A model generated the notes under the pieces. The model was not told the origin of the DNA, ran no database searches, and saw nothing but the letters and a program-made list of their open reading frames with translations. 64,000 nucleotides of DNA. Source: Actinomycetota bacterium (GTDB lineage Bacteria; Actinomycetota; JAHEXW01). The translations under genes were made by a program, and so were the position numbers. The stretch lies in contig JBAZZW010000001.1 in the NCBI GenBank assembly GCA_041658625.1, forward strand, positions 646,217 to 710,216, written 5' to 3'. This document shows positions 8,870 to 18,241 of this stretch, piece after piece (position 1 is the stretch's first letter; the number at the start of each line of letters is the position of its first letter).

Positions 8870-9928
8870 TTAATAATGCGAGAACACAGGGGTGCCGAGA
8901 GGGGCCCAGTTATATATCCATTCGGCGTCGGCGACACGCACGTTGACGCAACCGTGACTGCGCGGATAGCCGTATTCGCTGCTCCAATAACATCCGTGAA
9001 TAGCCTGACCGCCCGAGAACCAGTTAACGAACGGTACGTCTAAAACTTCATAGGGTTCCGGATCGCCCGGACCACTGCGCATATCCACATACCGGTCTTT
9101 GGCATAGATCCGGAAGTCGCCGGTGCGTGTCCGGTAACCGGCTTTCCCTGTTGCCACCACGGTTTCAAATACCAGGACGCCATCCTCATAGGCATAGAGC
9201 TTCTGCTCGGATAGATTTAGATCGATCATCTTTTGCGCCATGGTGGTGAACGTGTTGGTGACGGTTCTGTCTATATAGCTCCCCGAAGCTCCGGAAGGTC
9301 CGGCCGGACCGCCTTTTAGCCTAACGGTAACCGGTATTTCATAAGACCATTTCGTGGACGGTGTAAAGACCGCTTGGGTGGTTGAAAGCCATTTCAGTGC
9401 GCCCGGAACGGGCGGATCGATAAGTAACGCGGTGTTCAGGCAATCCGGATTAACGACTTCTTCGCTGAAGTTCAGGGTGATTTCGCTCTGGTTGGCCACC
9501 CTCGTGCTGCCGGCGGCCGGCGTGACGTCCACTTTCAGCGGAATCGGTGTAATGATTGTTTGCTTATAACCCGAGGCTGCCGGCTTTAATCGCCGCCCGT
9601 TAACCCCCCAAGCGTCGGTAATCGTCAGGTCGAAGGTTTGGCCTTGTTCGTAGTTAACAATCCGGATGATGCCGGTTTTGCCGTCGGCCAACATCCATAA
9701 TCTGCTTTGCATGCCGGACGGCAAACTATATGTGAAACCGGTTATCGGAGTGTTCCACTTGATGGTAATGCCCTCGTCAAAACGCATGACAACCGGTTCG
9801 GCGGACAAAATGGGAGCCGGATCGATCGCGGGCGCGGAATCTTGGGCTAGAGCCGGCGGCATGAATATCACCGCGGCCAAAACCATAAAGGCAATAATGG
9901 TTGAAATCAGAAATAAACGTTTTGTCAC
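8870..9928 (-). CDS. L,D-transpeptidase family protein with Ig-like domains, secreted
   Basis: YkuD motif HGCVNVRVADAEW; signal peptide; 352 aa. Confidence 0.8.
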   Translation of the reverse strand: MTKRLFLISTIIAFMVLAAVIFMPPALAQDSAPAIDPAPILSAEPVVMRFDEGITIKWNTPITGFTYSLPSGMQSRLWMLADGKTGIIRIVNYEQGQTFDLTITDAWGVNGRRLKPAASGYKQTIITPIPLKVDVTPAAGSTRVANQSEITLNFSEEVVNPDCLNTALLIDPPVPGALKWLSTTQAVFTPSTKWSYEIPVTVRLKGGPAGPSGASGSYIDRTVTNTFTTMAQKMIDLNLSEQKLYAYEDGVLVFETVVATGKAGYRTRTGDFRIYAKDRYVDMRSGPGDPEPYEVLDVPFVNWFSGGQAIHGCYWSSEYGYPRSHGCVNVRVADAEWIYNWAPLGTPVFSHY

Positions 9929-9969
9929 AATATATTAATTCTAAGGCCTGCGACCAGGCATTTCAAGGA

Positions 9970-10488
9970 TTACTTAGGATTAAGAAAAATCTCTGTGCCG
10001 CAGTAGGGGCATTTTACGACGCCTTTACCGGCCAACTCCAGTTGTCCGCCGCAATTCGGACATTTGTTTTGCGGCATATCTTTGGCTTCTTGCGACTGCA
10101 GAACCCCGCCTTTCCAGTCCACATATCCTGTGAATAAACGCTTACCGACCAAATCATAGATGTAGTGGGCAACCTGGTCGGTTGTTAAACCGGTTTCGAT
10201 GGCGATGTCCGACAGTTTGACCTTGCCGCGCGTCTCGATCATGTTCAGTATAAGCTTTTCCTTCTCCACCTGGATCTGCTCTTCCTGTTCCTTGGCCCCG
10301 CCAATCATCATATAAATCCCAATACCGCCGGCGATCAATCCGATCAATATAGCGGGTCCCTCGCAAATCATGAAGCCTCCGCCGGTGAGTTTCCCGTTCA
10401 TGAGGTTGGGCAAGAGCATAAGCCCCGGGACTACCGCCAGCGCCAGGCCGAAAACGACCAACAATATCCCTATGGTCTTACCACCCAC
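9970..10488 (-). CDS. Membrane protein with two TM helices, winged-helix-like segment and C-terminal zinc ribbon
   Basis: CPNCGG...CPYCG zinc ribbon at C-terminus; 2 N-terminal hydrophobic helices. Confidence 0.6.
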   Translation of the reverse strand: MGGKTIGILLVVFGLALAVVPGLMLLPNLMNGKLTGGGFMICEGPAILIGLIAGGIGIYMMIGGAKEQEEQIQVEKEKLILNMIETRGKVKLSDIAIETGLTTDQVAHYIYDLVGKRLFTGYVDWKGGVLQSQEAKDMPQNKCPNCGGQLELAGKGVVKCPYCGTEIFLNPK

Positions 10489-12367
10489 CGGAACCGCCTC
10501 CTCCGCCGCCGCCGCCGCTGAATCCGCCGCCGCCGCCGCTGAATCCGCCGCCGCCGCTTGAAGAACTCGGCTGAGACGTCAAAGTGCTAGCGACATCATT
10601 TAAAGTAGTGGTGAAACTGTCGTTCATTGAATTCAAATCAAATCCGCCCAAACCCGCGCCGCCGGTCGGCATAGCCTCGCCGGGATGGTCTTTGTTCCAG
10701 GTATTCTGAGCCCAATCACGATCAGGGTAACCAGGGTACCAGTAGGGCGCAAACCAGATAGGCGGTATGATCTCTTTGGCATCGAACGACGCAGTGAACA
10801 CCGATTCCAGCTGGAAGGCAACCGCATATGGAATATACCGCTCGAAGATCTCTTGCGCGTTACCGGCCTTGCCGTATTTCTGGATGTTGGCCAGATAGTT
10901 TCGGAAAGCCCACCACTTGGCTCTTTCCTCGGCACCCTTGGCCGTTTTCCGCGGCATTAGGTACCCGAAAATCATAACAATGACAGCCGCAACAACGACG
11001 GCGCCGGGCGGCGAGAAGATAATTATGTTGGTCAGCGTCTCTGAAGCTCCGGTAAAGTAGTCGCTTATTACTCCGATCGTGCAGCAAGCCAGGAGGCCTC
11101 CCAGAAGCAGCATGAGCCCGCCCGCCCCGTAGTAACGGCGGCGGGCGGCGGACGGAGCCAGGCCGTAAAAGCCCATTTTACAGGCTTCTTCCCCCATCAT
11201 CTTTTGGATATTCGGAATCTTTTTATAGAAAACGTTTTTGAATGACGATAGCTCGGCCGTCTGCTGCCCCCCGAAAAGGTCGGCGATGAGCTGTTGTTCG
11301 TACGGCCGAAGGTCACCCTGGTCGCCCAGCCACTGGAACAGGGTGTCTCCCGGTTTGTCCCAGAATTTAAGGTAGCCCCGGCGGGCCAGATCGACCAGCG
11401 TCGCGTTGATGTCTTTCGTCGCCGTCTCCTCGAAAAGAACCTCGCTGACCACGGCGGGCGGCGCGTCGCCCGGCGGCTCGGTCAGGTATTCGGCGACCGC
11501 CGGCACCTCTTGTTCCCGGCCGAACTTATACCAGATCAGGAGCATCGCCAGGAAGACGATAACGACCAACATCACACTGAAAGCGATTGAGGCGATCATC
11601 CCCCAGCGGACGCGGGCTTGCAGGGCTTCGTTCTTCTGCTGTTGAGCCAGCAAGACAGGATTAACGGTCAAATAACCCTTGGGGAAGCGGATGCCCGCCC
11701 AGAACTTAGTGTTCGGACCAAGGTTCTTCCCGGAATATACGACCGTTCGCTTATCGGTCTGTTCCATTGACGGCGAGTCGCCGTCCGCGTTAAGCCCTAT
11801 GTCGTCTTTCTTTAAAGTGATGTCTTTGGGCAGATGAACCGTCACTTTGACGGAATCTATCGGCTGCTCGCGAACCTCGGAGACGGCCTTCCATTCCAGT
11901 TTGTCCGCGTCGTCGTAATAATAAAAGCCACCGTCAACCTTGTATTTTAGGGTGAAGTTCTTGGCTTCGTCCTTCGCGCGGAACGACCATAAGACCTCCA
12001 TATAATCACCGGAGTATTTGTAGTCGGTATACGTGAAGAGGCCGGGCTCGTTGACGATACCCTTGATGACCGCCCCTGCTTTGTATGGAACGCCGTTTTC
12101 GGAGACCTCAAAGTCGCTAAATCCGAGGACATTGTCTCCGTAATAGAGGTTGCGGTAACGGCCTGTATATTCTCCGGCGATTTGTTCGTCGTAGGTTTCA
12201 GCTACGTCAAGCGTAGAATTCTCGTTGACGACTACGTCAACGTTCCACTCTTTGTAGCGGAACGACTTTTCCTCGGCCAGGGCAGCGGGAGAAGCCGAGG
12301 CATAGAGCATAGTGCAGAGAGCTGAGAGCAGAAGTATAAATAAAATTGTCTTGGCTGTTCTGCGCAT
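10478..12367 (-). CDS. DUF2207 family membrane protein with Gly-rich C-terminal tail
   Basis: Signal peptide, large extracytoplasmic domain, 3 TM, C-terminal GGGGFSGGGGG repeats encoded by tandem GCCGCCGCC repeats at 10490-10560; architecture typical of DUF2207. Confidence 0.7.
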   Translation of the reverse strand: MRRTAKTILFILLLSALCTMLYASASPAALAEEKSFRYKEWNVDVVVNENSTLDVAETYDEQIAGEYTGRYRNLYYGDNVLGFSDFEVSENGVPYKAGAVIKGIVNEPGLFTYTDYKYSGDYMEVLWSFRAKDEAKNFTLKYKVDGGFYYYDDADKLEWKAVSEVREQPIDSVKVTVHLPKDITLKKDDIGLNADGDSPSMEQTDKRTVVYSGKNLGPNTKFWAGIRFPKGYLTVNPVLLAQQQKNEALQARVRWGMIASIAFSVMLVVIVFLAMLLIWYKFGREQEVPAVAEYLTEPPGDAPPAVVSEVLFEETATKDINATLVDLARRGYLKFWDKPGDTLFQWLGDQGDLRPYEQQLIADLFGGQQTAELSSFKNVFYKKIPNIQKMMGEEACKMGFYGLAPSAARRRYYGAGGLMLLLGGLLACCTIGVISDYFTGASETLTNIIIFSPPGAVVVAAVIVMIFGYLMPRKTAKGAEERAKWWAFRNYLANIQKYGKAGNAQEIFERYIPYAVAFQLESVFTASFDAKEIIPPIWFAPYWYPGYPDRDWAQNTWNKDHPGEAMPTGGAGLGGFDLNSMNDSFTTTLNDVASTLTSQPSSSSGGGGFSGGGGGFSGGGGGGGGSGGW

Positions 12368-12505
12368 AAAGGCTCCCGTGTTTCTTGTTTCTTCAAATTC
12401 CCCGCCCTTGAGGGGCGGGGGCTAGGGGGCGGGTGGTTCTTGCCGCGCAAGCGGCACCCTCACCTTAATCCTCTCTCCTCAAGGGAGAGGAAAATCGTTT
12501 TTGGT

Positions 12506-12583
12506 TCTTGTTGCTTCTCGACCCTTCGACAAGCTCAGGGCAGGTTCTTTCGAACCGGCCGCTCATTCACTCGAAGAATATTA
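12506..12583 (-). promoter_or_regulatory. Leader motif copy C (TAATATTCTTCGAG-47nt with GGTTC-GAAA-GAACC hairpin-GTCGAGAAGCAACAAGA) in 5' leader of DUF2207 gene
   Basis: Same flanking blocks as elements at 38649 and 60682, all sense to downstream gene. Confidence 0.55.
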
Positions 12584-12587
12584 GTTA

Positions 12588-12627
12588 GGGGTCAGACCCA
12601 TTCGTCTATGGCAAGGGGTCTGACCCC
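12588..12627. repeat. R1 palindromic element copy: GGGTCAGACCC-15nt-GGGGTCTGACCCC
   Basis: Perfect inverted arms. Confidence 0.7.
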
Positions 12628-12708
12628 TTTTCCACAGATACTGTTCTTGTTTTATTATTCTCGGTTTATGGTTTCCTGTTTTCGTTCTTGTTCTTGCTCT
12701 TGGCTAAA

Positions 12709-13749
12709 TTATTCGATCTTCGTGCCGCAGTCGGGGCAGAACTTGGAGCTGGCCGGCAGCTCTTTCTTGCATTTGGGACATTTGGTGGTCGCCGCCAGGT
12801 TGGCGCCGCATTCCGGACAGAATTTGGAGTCCGCCGGGATGTCCGCTTTGCATTCGGGGCACCTGACTTTCGGCTGAGCCCCCTGTTGCATGGCCTGTCC
12901 CATCATCTGGGGCATCATCATACCCAAACCGGCGCCCATGCCTAAGCCCATGCCGGCGGTCGCGGTCTCGCCCGCGCCGCCTCCGGCGCCGCCCGGCTGC
13001 TGGGCGATGTCGCCCATCGCCCGGGCCGCCTTGAATTGCATATACTGGGCCATGCCGCCGACGGCTTCCATGCCGCTTCGCTCGTCAATGACCTTTTGGA
13101 CTTCGTCGGGCGGGGTAATGGCGTTGATAATGAAGTCGACGGTTTCGATCCCATACTGGGCGAAGTCGTCTTTAATCTTCGCTTTCAGGCCGGCATCCAG
13201 CTCGTCATAATATCTCGGCAGGTCGAGAAGCGTTTCTAAGGTGCTGCCCAGCAGATCCTGCAGCCTGCCCACGATGAACGACCTAAGGAAGTCCTCGATC
13301 TGCGTTGTCTGAAAGATACCCTGGGTGCCGACTATTTTGTTCACAAACAGCTGGGCGTCCGTTATCTGCACGCTGAACATCCCGTGCGCCCGCAGGCGGA
13401 TCATTTTAAACTCGCTGTCCCGGAAAGCGATCGGCTCGGCGGTGCCCCACTTCAAGTTGGTAAAGACCTGACGCCCGACGAAGTACACCTCGGCGCGGAA
13501 CGGGCTGTCGCCGAAAATCGGGCTGGCGACCAATTTGGTTAAAACGGGCAGGTTCTGTGTCGTCAGCGTATGCCGGCCGGCGTCAAAGACGTCGACCGCT
13601 TTGCCATCGCGGAAGAAAACCGCCCATTGATTCTCCCTGACGACCAACTGGGCTCCCCACTTGATGTCGGCCGATCCTTGCTCGGGAAACCGGTGGCACA
13701 TGGACTCCCCGGTCGGATCCAGAAACTCGATAAGTTCGATTATCGCCAT
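12709..13749 (-). CDS. SPFH/Band-7 family protein (Band_7_1, YdjI-like) fused to C-terminal double zinc ribbon
   Basis: N-terminal SPFH-like region; C-terminus CPECK...CPECG...CPKCK...CPDCG; Gly/Met-rich linker. Confidence 0.7.
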   Translation of the reverse strand: MAIIELIEFLDPTGESMCHRFPEQGSADIKWGAQLVVRENQWAVFFRDGKAVDVFDAGRHTLTTQNLPVLTKLVASPIFGDSPFRAEVYFVGRQVFTNLKWGTAEPIAFRDSEFKMIRLRAHGMFSVQITDAQLFVNKIVGTQGIFQTTQIEDFLRSFIVGRLQDLLGSTLETLLDLPRYYDELDAGLKAKIKDDFAQYGIETVDFIINAITPPDEVQKVIDERSGMEAVGGMAQYMQFKAARAMGDIAQQPGGAGGGAGETATAGMGLGMGAGLGMMMPQMMGQAMQQGAQPKVRCPECKADIPADSKFCPECGANLAATTKCPKCKKELPASSKFCPDCGTKIE

Positions 13750-14262
13750 TTATTGCACCCCCATCATGACTTGCTCGCGTTTGGTAAAACGCTGATCCAA
13801 TCCGTCAATCAACATGTCCAGTTCAAGGAGGCGTTCGACGAACGAGTCCTCGTCGTCGTGAAGCTCCCCGACTTTGTTCCCGATTGCCTTGACCTGTTCG
13901 CCCAGCGAGAGATCGAATTCATACATCCGGTCAAGTTCCTCTTCCTCTATTTTGGCCGCGTCAAAGAAACCTGACACCCCATAGTCCGCCAGACGAATCC
14001 GATCCGCCGCAGTGCGCAGTTTGCGTACAGCGCGATCGAGGTCCTCCAGGTTGTCCAGTTTGTTGGATTTGGTAATAGTAAGGGCCAGGGACTCAAGCTT
14101 GTCTTGCTGGGCCTTTAGTTCACCATAGAGGATTTCTCGGTTCATTCTGTCCGCGTCGCGCCGTTTTTCCAGCTGCTGATAGCGGTGGTAGCCGGGAATC
14201 AGCCCAACCAGCCGCTCCAGCACCCGGCGCCGGGACTCGATGCGTTCCTGAAAATCAGGCAT
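13750..14262 (-). CDS. Coiled-coil protein, uncharacterised (possible PspA/IM30-like partner of SPFH protein)
   Basis: 170 aa, highly charged heptad-like sequence; stop 1 nt before SPFH gene start (operon). Confidence 0.5.
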   Translation of the reverse strand: MPDFQERIESRRRVLERLVGLIPGYHRYQQLEKRRDADRMNREILYGELKAQQDKLESLALTITKSNKLDNLEDLDRAVRKLRTAADRIRLADYGVSGFFDAAKIEEEELDRMYEFDLSLGEQVKAIGNKVGELHDDEDSFVERLLELDMLIDGLDQRFTKREQVMMGVQ

Positions 14263-14322
14263 ATGAGCCTCCTTAAGCAGGGGTTACGTGGAAATAAGTT
14301 TAGCACGCGTGAGCGTATCTGC

Positions 14323-14607
14323 CTATGCCTTGGGCCTGACAATAGCGATAATGGTAAAGGCAAGATAGATGACGGTGCCGAGAATTACTCCGAGTACTAA
14401 AAGGGTTTTAGCCGTGCTCTCGCTATACGTAAAGAGAAGTAGCGTTAATCCGGGCAGGACAATGAACACGGACACGAAGTAGATGACTGTCCGGCGGAGC
14501 ATATGCACGTCGCCGATTTTGAACCACCAGACCATGATGATCATGAAGCCGAACAAGACCGCGACCATGGCCCAAAATACAAGCAATCTAAGAATGTCTG
14601 ATGTCAC
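14323..14607 (-). CDS. Small 3-TM membrane protein
   Basis: 94 aa, three hydrophobic segments; divergent from promoter at 14698. Confidence 0.5.
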   Translation of the reverse strand: MTSDILRLLVFWAMVAVLFGFMIIMVWWFKIGDVHMLRRTVIYFVSVFIVLPGLTLLLFTYSESTAKTLLVLGVILGTVIYLAFTIIAIVRPKA

Positions 14608-14697
14608 GCTACCGCCTTGTTAGCTGCCGAATTGTGATTTAAAGCACCAAGTCTTCAAAATATTATCATTGTTTCTAAGAATAATAAAGGACATTTT

Positions 14698-14728
14698 TTG
14701 ACACGTGTTCTTGGCATATGCTATAAGT
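14698..14728 (+). promoter_or_regulatory. Sigma70-like promoter TTGACA-17-CTATAA(G)
   Basis: Consensus -35 TTGACA at 14698-14703, 17-18 nt spacer, TATAAG -10; followed by RBS GAAGGGGGG and start of 14765 gene. Confidence 0.55.
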
Positions 14729-14764
14729 TAAACATCATTTTTACTATGTCTGAAGGGGGGTGAT

Positions 14765-15130
14765 GTGGTCATGTTAGCAATGCTTCTTCTGCAATCAAGT
14801 GCCGACCAAGCTGCCAGCGATGCCGCGGCCAGTGCCCTCTGCGGAGGTTTCGGCCTTATCTACCTGGTTTGCTGGGGTCTGGTAGCCTTAATCGCCATCG
14901 CCCTCTTCGTTTTCTGGATTCTTATGTTGATCGACTGTTTCCAGAGAGACGAGTCGGAGTTCCCGAATTCCACCGGCAATTCTAAGACCATTTGGCTTGT
15001 TGTTCTGCTGGCGTCGTGGCTCCTGAGCATGAGCTGGCTGGCGGCCCTCATTTACTACTTCATGGTCAAACGCGCCATGCCTAGAGGACAGTCAAAACCG
15101 CCGGCTCCGCCGGAAGCACCGGCTGCGTAA
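14765..15130 (+). CDS. PLDc_N-domain small membrane protein
   Basis: FWILMLIDCFQRDESEFPNSTGNSKTIWLVVLL...YYFMVKR matches PLDc_N (PF13396) pattern; Pro-rich tail. Confidence 0.65.
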   Translation: MVMLAMLLLQSSADQAASDAAASALCGGFGLIYLVCWGLVALIAIALFVFWILMLIDCFQRDESEFPNSTGNSKTIWLVVLLASWLLSMSWLAALIYYFMVKRAMPRGQSKPPAPPEAPAA

Positions 15131-15152
15131 TATTACCTGATTTACGACAAAA

Positions 15153-15193
15153 TAAAAAGAGCGGAGAGACAAGAAACTCTCCGCTCTTTTTTG
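15153..15193. terminator. Bidirectional rho-independent terminator (AGAGCGGAGAG-8nt-CTCTCCGCTCT flanked by A-run and T-run)
   Basis: 11-bp perfect stem, TTTTTT 3' on plus strand and AAAATAAAA 5' (T-run for minus strand); between convergent genes. Confidence 0.8.
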
Positions 15194-15200
15194 TTGCTCT

Positions 15201-15581
15201 TTACGCCGCGGGTGGCGGAGGCGTATTGGCCTTCCGCGAACCGGCCGTCCTCTTCACTATGAAGAAATAAAAGAGAGCGGCCCAACCCTGAAGCAAGATC
15301 AAGAGAAGTATCCACATCGACTTGTTGTCGTTCGGATACTCCGCCTTCTCCCGCATCGCCGCGTCGTACATCATAAACAGATTGAAAATCCCCAAAAAGA
15401 TAAAAAATAGAATCATCAATCCGTAGCAGCACCAGAATAGCATCATGCCGCCCAGAACCGACGCCCCCGCAGCGGCGCTGGCGTCATCGGACGACGTCTG
15501 CGCCATGGCGGTCCCGGCTCCAACGAGATTCAAAAAGGCCGTTATAGCCAAAGCTAGAACTGCTCTAGTAGGTCTACGCAT
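15201..15581 (-). CDS. PLDc_N-domain small membrane protein with signal peptide
   Basis: LFMMYDAAMREKAEYPNDNKSMWILLLILL...YFFIVKR PLDc_N pattern. Confidence 0.65.
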   Translation of the reverse strand: MRRPTRAVLALAITAFLNLVGAGTAMAQTSSDDASAAAGASVLGGMMLFWCCYGLMILFFIFLGIFNLFMMYDAAMREKAEYPNDNKSMWILLLILLQGWAALFYFFIVKRTAGSRKANTPPPPAA

Positions 15582-15595
15582 ACAGCGCGCTCCTC

Positions 15596-15919
15596 CTATA
15601 TCTTTGCTTGGCTCTTGGCCATCCCGGCGATCAGCGGTACCTCAAAGTACTCGCCTTTATATGCCTTAAGGGCATACATGATCTGCATTATGAAGATGAT
15701 GAACCAGGCGATGCCGAAAGTCACCATCGACAAAATGATCGAAGCGAGACCGAGGAAAAACGCTTGCCAGGCCATAAACCTAAGCCACGGGTCGTTCTTG
15801 CCCTGATCCAGGAACGCGAAAATGATTCCCAGCCAACCAAGCAGAAAAGCGATCAGTGCCAACACTTTGTTGCCTTCTTCCTTAGGTGCTAACATTGCGG
15901 CTTGCTCCATTCTTACCAC
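15596..15919 (-). CDS. DUF4870-family small membrane protein
   Basis: C-terminal MYALKAYKGEYFEVPLIAG resembles DUF4870 signature (KAxxGExYxxP). Confidence 0.6.
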   Translation of the reverse strand: MVRMEQAAMLAPKEEGNKVLALIAFLLGWLGIIFAFLDQGKNDPWLRFMAWQAFFLGLASIILSMVTFGIAWFIIFIMQIMYALKAYKGEYFEVPLIAGMAKSQAKI

Positions 15920-15952
15920 CTCCCATGTGTCGAGTTTTAATTGATATTTTAC

Positions 15953-16374
15953 TTACTGGCCCGATCCCGGCTCAGACGGAGGCAGGGGCGGGGTTTCTTC
16001 AGTCGCCGCGGGCGGCGGGGGCGGAGGTGTTCCGCTAACCGCTCCGCTTGAATATTCTTTCGGCCGGACGATTAGATATATGATCAGCCCTACCCAGCTA
16101 AAGAAGATCCACAACAGCACCCAGAGGATGGCCGAAGTGTCCCGTTTTGAGGCGTCCTTGTAAATCCAGACCGCCACCCAAATGTAGATAATCAAGCCGA
16201 CGACCAGTGCCAGCAAGTAGCAAATAATCATGATTATGCCGACGGTCGCTCCGGCCGCGTCCCCGCTACTTGTAACGGTGATATCGTCCGCCGCCAGCGC
16301 GGGCGTCATGAGAAGCAGGGAAGCCAGCCCGGCCAGAAGGGTGATGAGTCCGGTCTTTGGCAATGTTTTCATAC
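15953..16374 (-). CDS. PLDc_N-domain small membrane protein with signal peptide and Pro-rich C-terminus
   Basis: IWVAVWIYKDASKRDTSAILWVLLWIFFSWVGLIIYLIVRPKE; start set to internal ATG 16374 preceded by strong RBS GGGAGGAGGTG (ORF track extends to 16459). Confidence 0.65.
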
Positions 16375-16406
16375 AGCTCACCTCCTCCCTTCCGTAAAAG
16401 TCAGAT

Positions 16407-16799
16407 TTAGACGTTCCTTTCAGCAATATCCCCGATGAAGGGAAGTTTATATCGTTCACCCTGAAAGGCTTTGACCATGAGTAGAATCCAGACTATGACG
16501 CTGCCGATCCAGTAGGCGAAACTTAAAAACATCGCCAGTATATTGGGAATAAAGGGAATATTAATTGAGTTGAGTAGTGTATTTATGATGATTAGCAAGA
16601 CTCCAGCTAAAAAAAGTGCGATACCGAACAATATCGATTGCACGGCGTGAAAGCGTACGTATTTGTTGTCTTTCTCGATTATGTAGAATATAAGGCCGGT
16701 TACCGATGTAAACAGGTAGCTTAATAGAGCCGCGGTGTTCTGCTCAAGACCCGTCGAAGTCTTTTCCGACACCGGCGAGCCAAGCTGTGGTTCAGTCAC
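16407..16799 (-). CDS. DUF4870-family small membrane protein
   Basis: YIIEKDNKYVRFHAVQSILFG and KAFQGERYKLPFIGDIA DUF4870 signatures; GTG start after AGGAGG. Confidence 0.65.
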   Translation of the reverse strand: MTEPQLGSPVSEKTSTGLEQNTAALLSYLFTSVTGLIFYIIEKDNKYVRFHAVQSILFGIALFLAGVLLIIINTLLNSINIPFIPNILAMFLSFAYWIGSVIVWILLMVKAFQGERYKLPFIGDIAERNV

Positions 16800-16882
16800 G
16801 CAGTTCACCTCCTTCGTCAGGGGGCATAAACAGTTGAGACAATCATACCGATAGCCTCACCTGTTGTAAACCTGTTAAGCGC

Positions 16883-18241
16883 CTAGCGACCGCTGACGAC
16901 GACTCCCTTAACAGCGACCGTCGGCGACCCGTAAGACGCGCCCATCGGAACAAACCTTAAGTCTGAACCGACAGCCGAAACGTTCCTTAGTATCTCCGCG
17001 CATGAAGAAGCAATGGTGATTTCTCTAACAGGACCCGACAGTCTGCCTTTCAAGATCCGTAGTCCGAATGCGCCCGCGGAGAACTGTCCGGTCACGGCGT
17101 TAACGCCCGCGTGCAGACCCTGAAGCCCCATGACCAAGAGACCGTTTTCGGTGGCTTCGATAATCTTGTCTTTGCCCAGGTTGCCCGGTTCTATAAATAG
17201 ATTGGTCGGGCCGGTTGCGGGCGGCATCCTGAACGAGCCCCGCCCGCCGCTGCCGGTGGCTTTTACGCCGGCCTTCCTGGCCGCGTATGAATTATAAAGC
17301 AGGGTTTTAAGTTTGCCTTCCTCAATAACCGCAGTCGTTTGCGTTCGAACGCCTTCATCGTCAAACGGCGCGCTGCCCAAGCCCCCGGTCAACCGCCCGT
17401 CGTCGATTATGTTGAAAATCGGCGGGGCGACGTTCTTGCCGACCAGCGCGGCCAGAAACGAACGGCCTTTCTGGGCCGCTTCGGCGTTTAACGCGGGCGA
17501 GATCGCCGTTAAGACCTGGATGAAGACAATGGGGTCAAAAACGGCCGTCACGGTCGCCGGCTTCATCGATTTGCCGCCCAGCATGACAATCGCCCGCTCA
17601 GCCGCCTCGCGTCCCGCGGCGGCCGCGTCCAGCTCTCTTAAGCTGTGTCCGGCGTCATATGAGAATCCGGTCTGCACATCGTTGTTTTCTTGAGCCAGCG
17701 CGTCAATATAGCCATAAGCGGTCTGACGGCGGTACTCCGCGACAAAACCCGCGCTGTTGGCCAGCGCGACGGTCGCGTCTTCCTCGGCGTAACTGACGGA
17801 TTCGCAGCCGGTGATACGATGGTCATAGTTCTTAGCGGTTTCCTCCATGGCCAGCGCGAAGTCGATTTTTTCCGCGGTCGTCGCTATGGCAAAATCCGGG
17901 CTGGTCAGCCCGAGCTCTTCCTTGTCAACCGGCTTTTCGTAGGCTGGCAGGCCGTTGAACTCGTCAGCATCGGAAGAAGCTGCGTTGGCATAGGCTAGAC
18001 GGGCCGCTTTAGCCAAACCCGCTTCGCTTAAATCCGTCGTGTAAGCATAGCCCATACGTTTGTCCCGGAACGCTCGCAGGCCGGCCCCGCCGGTCTCCGC
18101 CCGCTCAAAAACCTCGGGTTCGCCGTTGAATATATCTATAGACAACTTGCGGCCCCATGTCAGGTAAGCTTCCGCTTCGTCCGCGCCCGCCTTCCTGGCT
18201 TCCGCCGCGGCCGTTTCAGCCAGTCTTGTGAGCTCGCTCAT
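16883..18241 (-). CDS. pmbA: Metalloprotease PmbA/TldE
   Basis: TldD/PmbA family homology; start taken at MSELTRLAETAAAEA; 1-nt overlap with tldD stop. Confidence 0.8.
   Translation of the reverse strand: MSELTRLAETAAAEARKAGADEAEAYLTWGRKLSIDIFNGEPEVFERAETGGAGLRAFRDKRMGYAYTTDLSEAGLAKAARLAYANAASSDADEFNGLPAYEKPVDKEELGLTSPDFAIATTAEKIDFALAMEETAKNYDHRITGCESVSYAEEDATVALANSAGFVAEYRRQTAYGYIDALAQENNDVQTGFSYDAGHSLRELDAAAAGREAAERAIVMLGGKSMKPATVTAVFDPIVFIQVLTAISPALNAEAAQKGRSFLAALVGKNVAPPIFNIIDDGRLTGGLGSAPFDDEGVRTQTTAVIEEGKLKTLLYNSYAARKAGVKATGSGGRGSFRMPPATGPTNLFIEPGNLGKDKIIEATENGLLVMGLQGLHAGVNAVTGQFSAGAFGLRILKGRLSGPVREITIASSCAEILRNVSAVGSDLRFVPMGASYGSPTVAVKGVVVSGR

Noticed and set aside
10490-10560. Tandem GCCGCCGCC / GAATCC repeats resembling a micro-array
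   Set aside because: Encodes the Gly-rich C-terminal tail of the DUF2207 protein on the minus strand; not CRISPR (no spacers, no cas genes anywhere in window).
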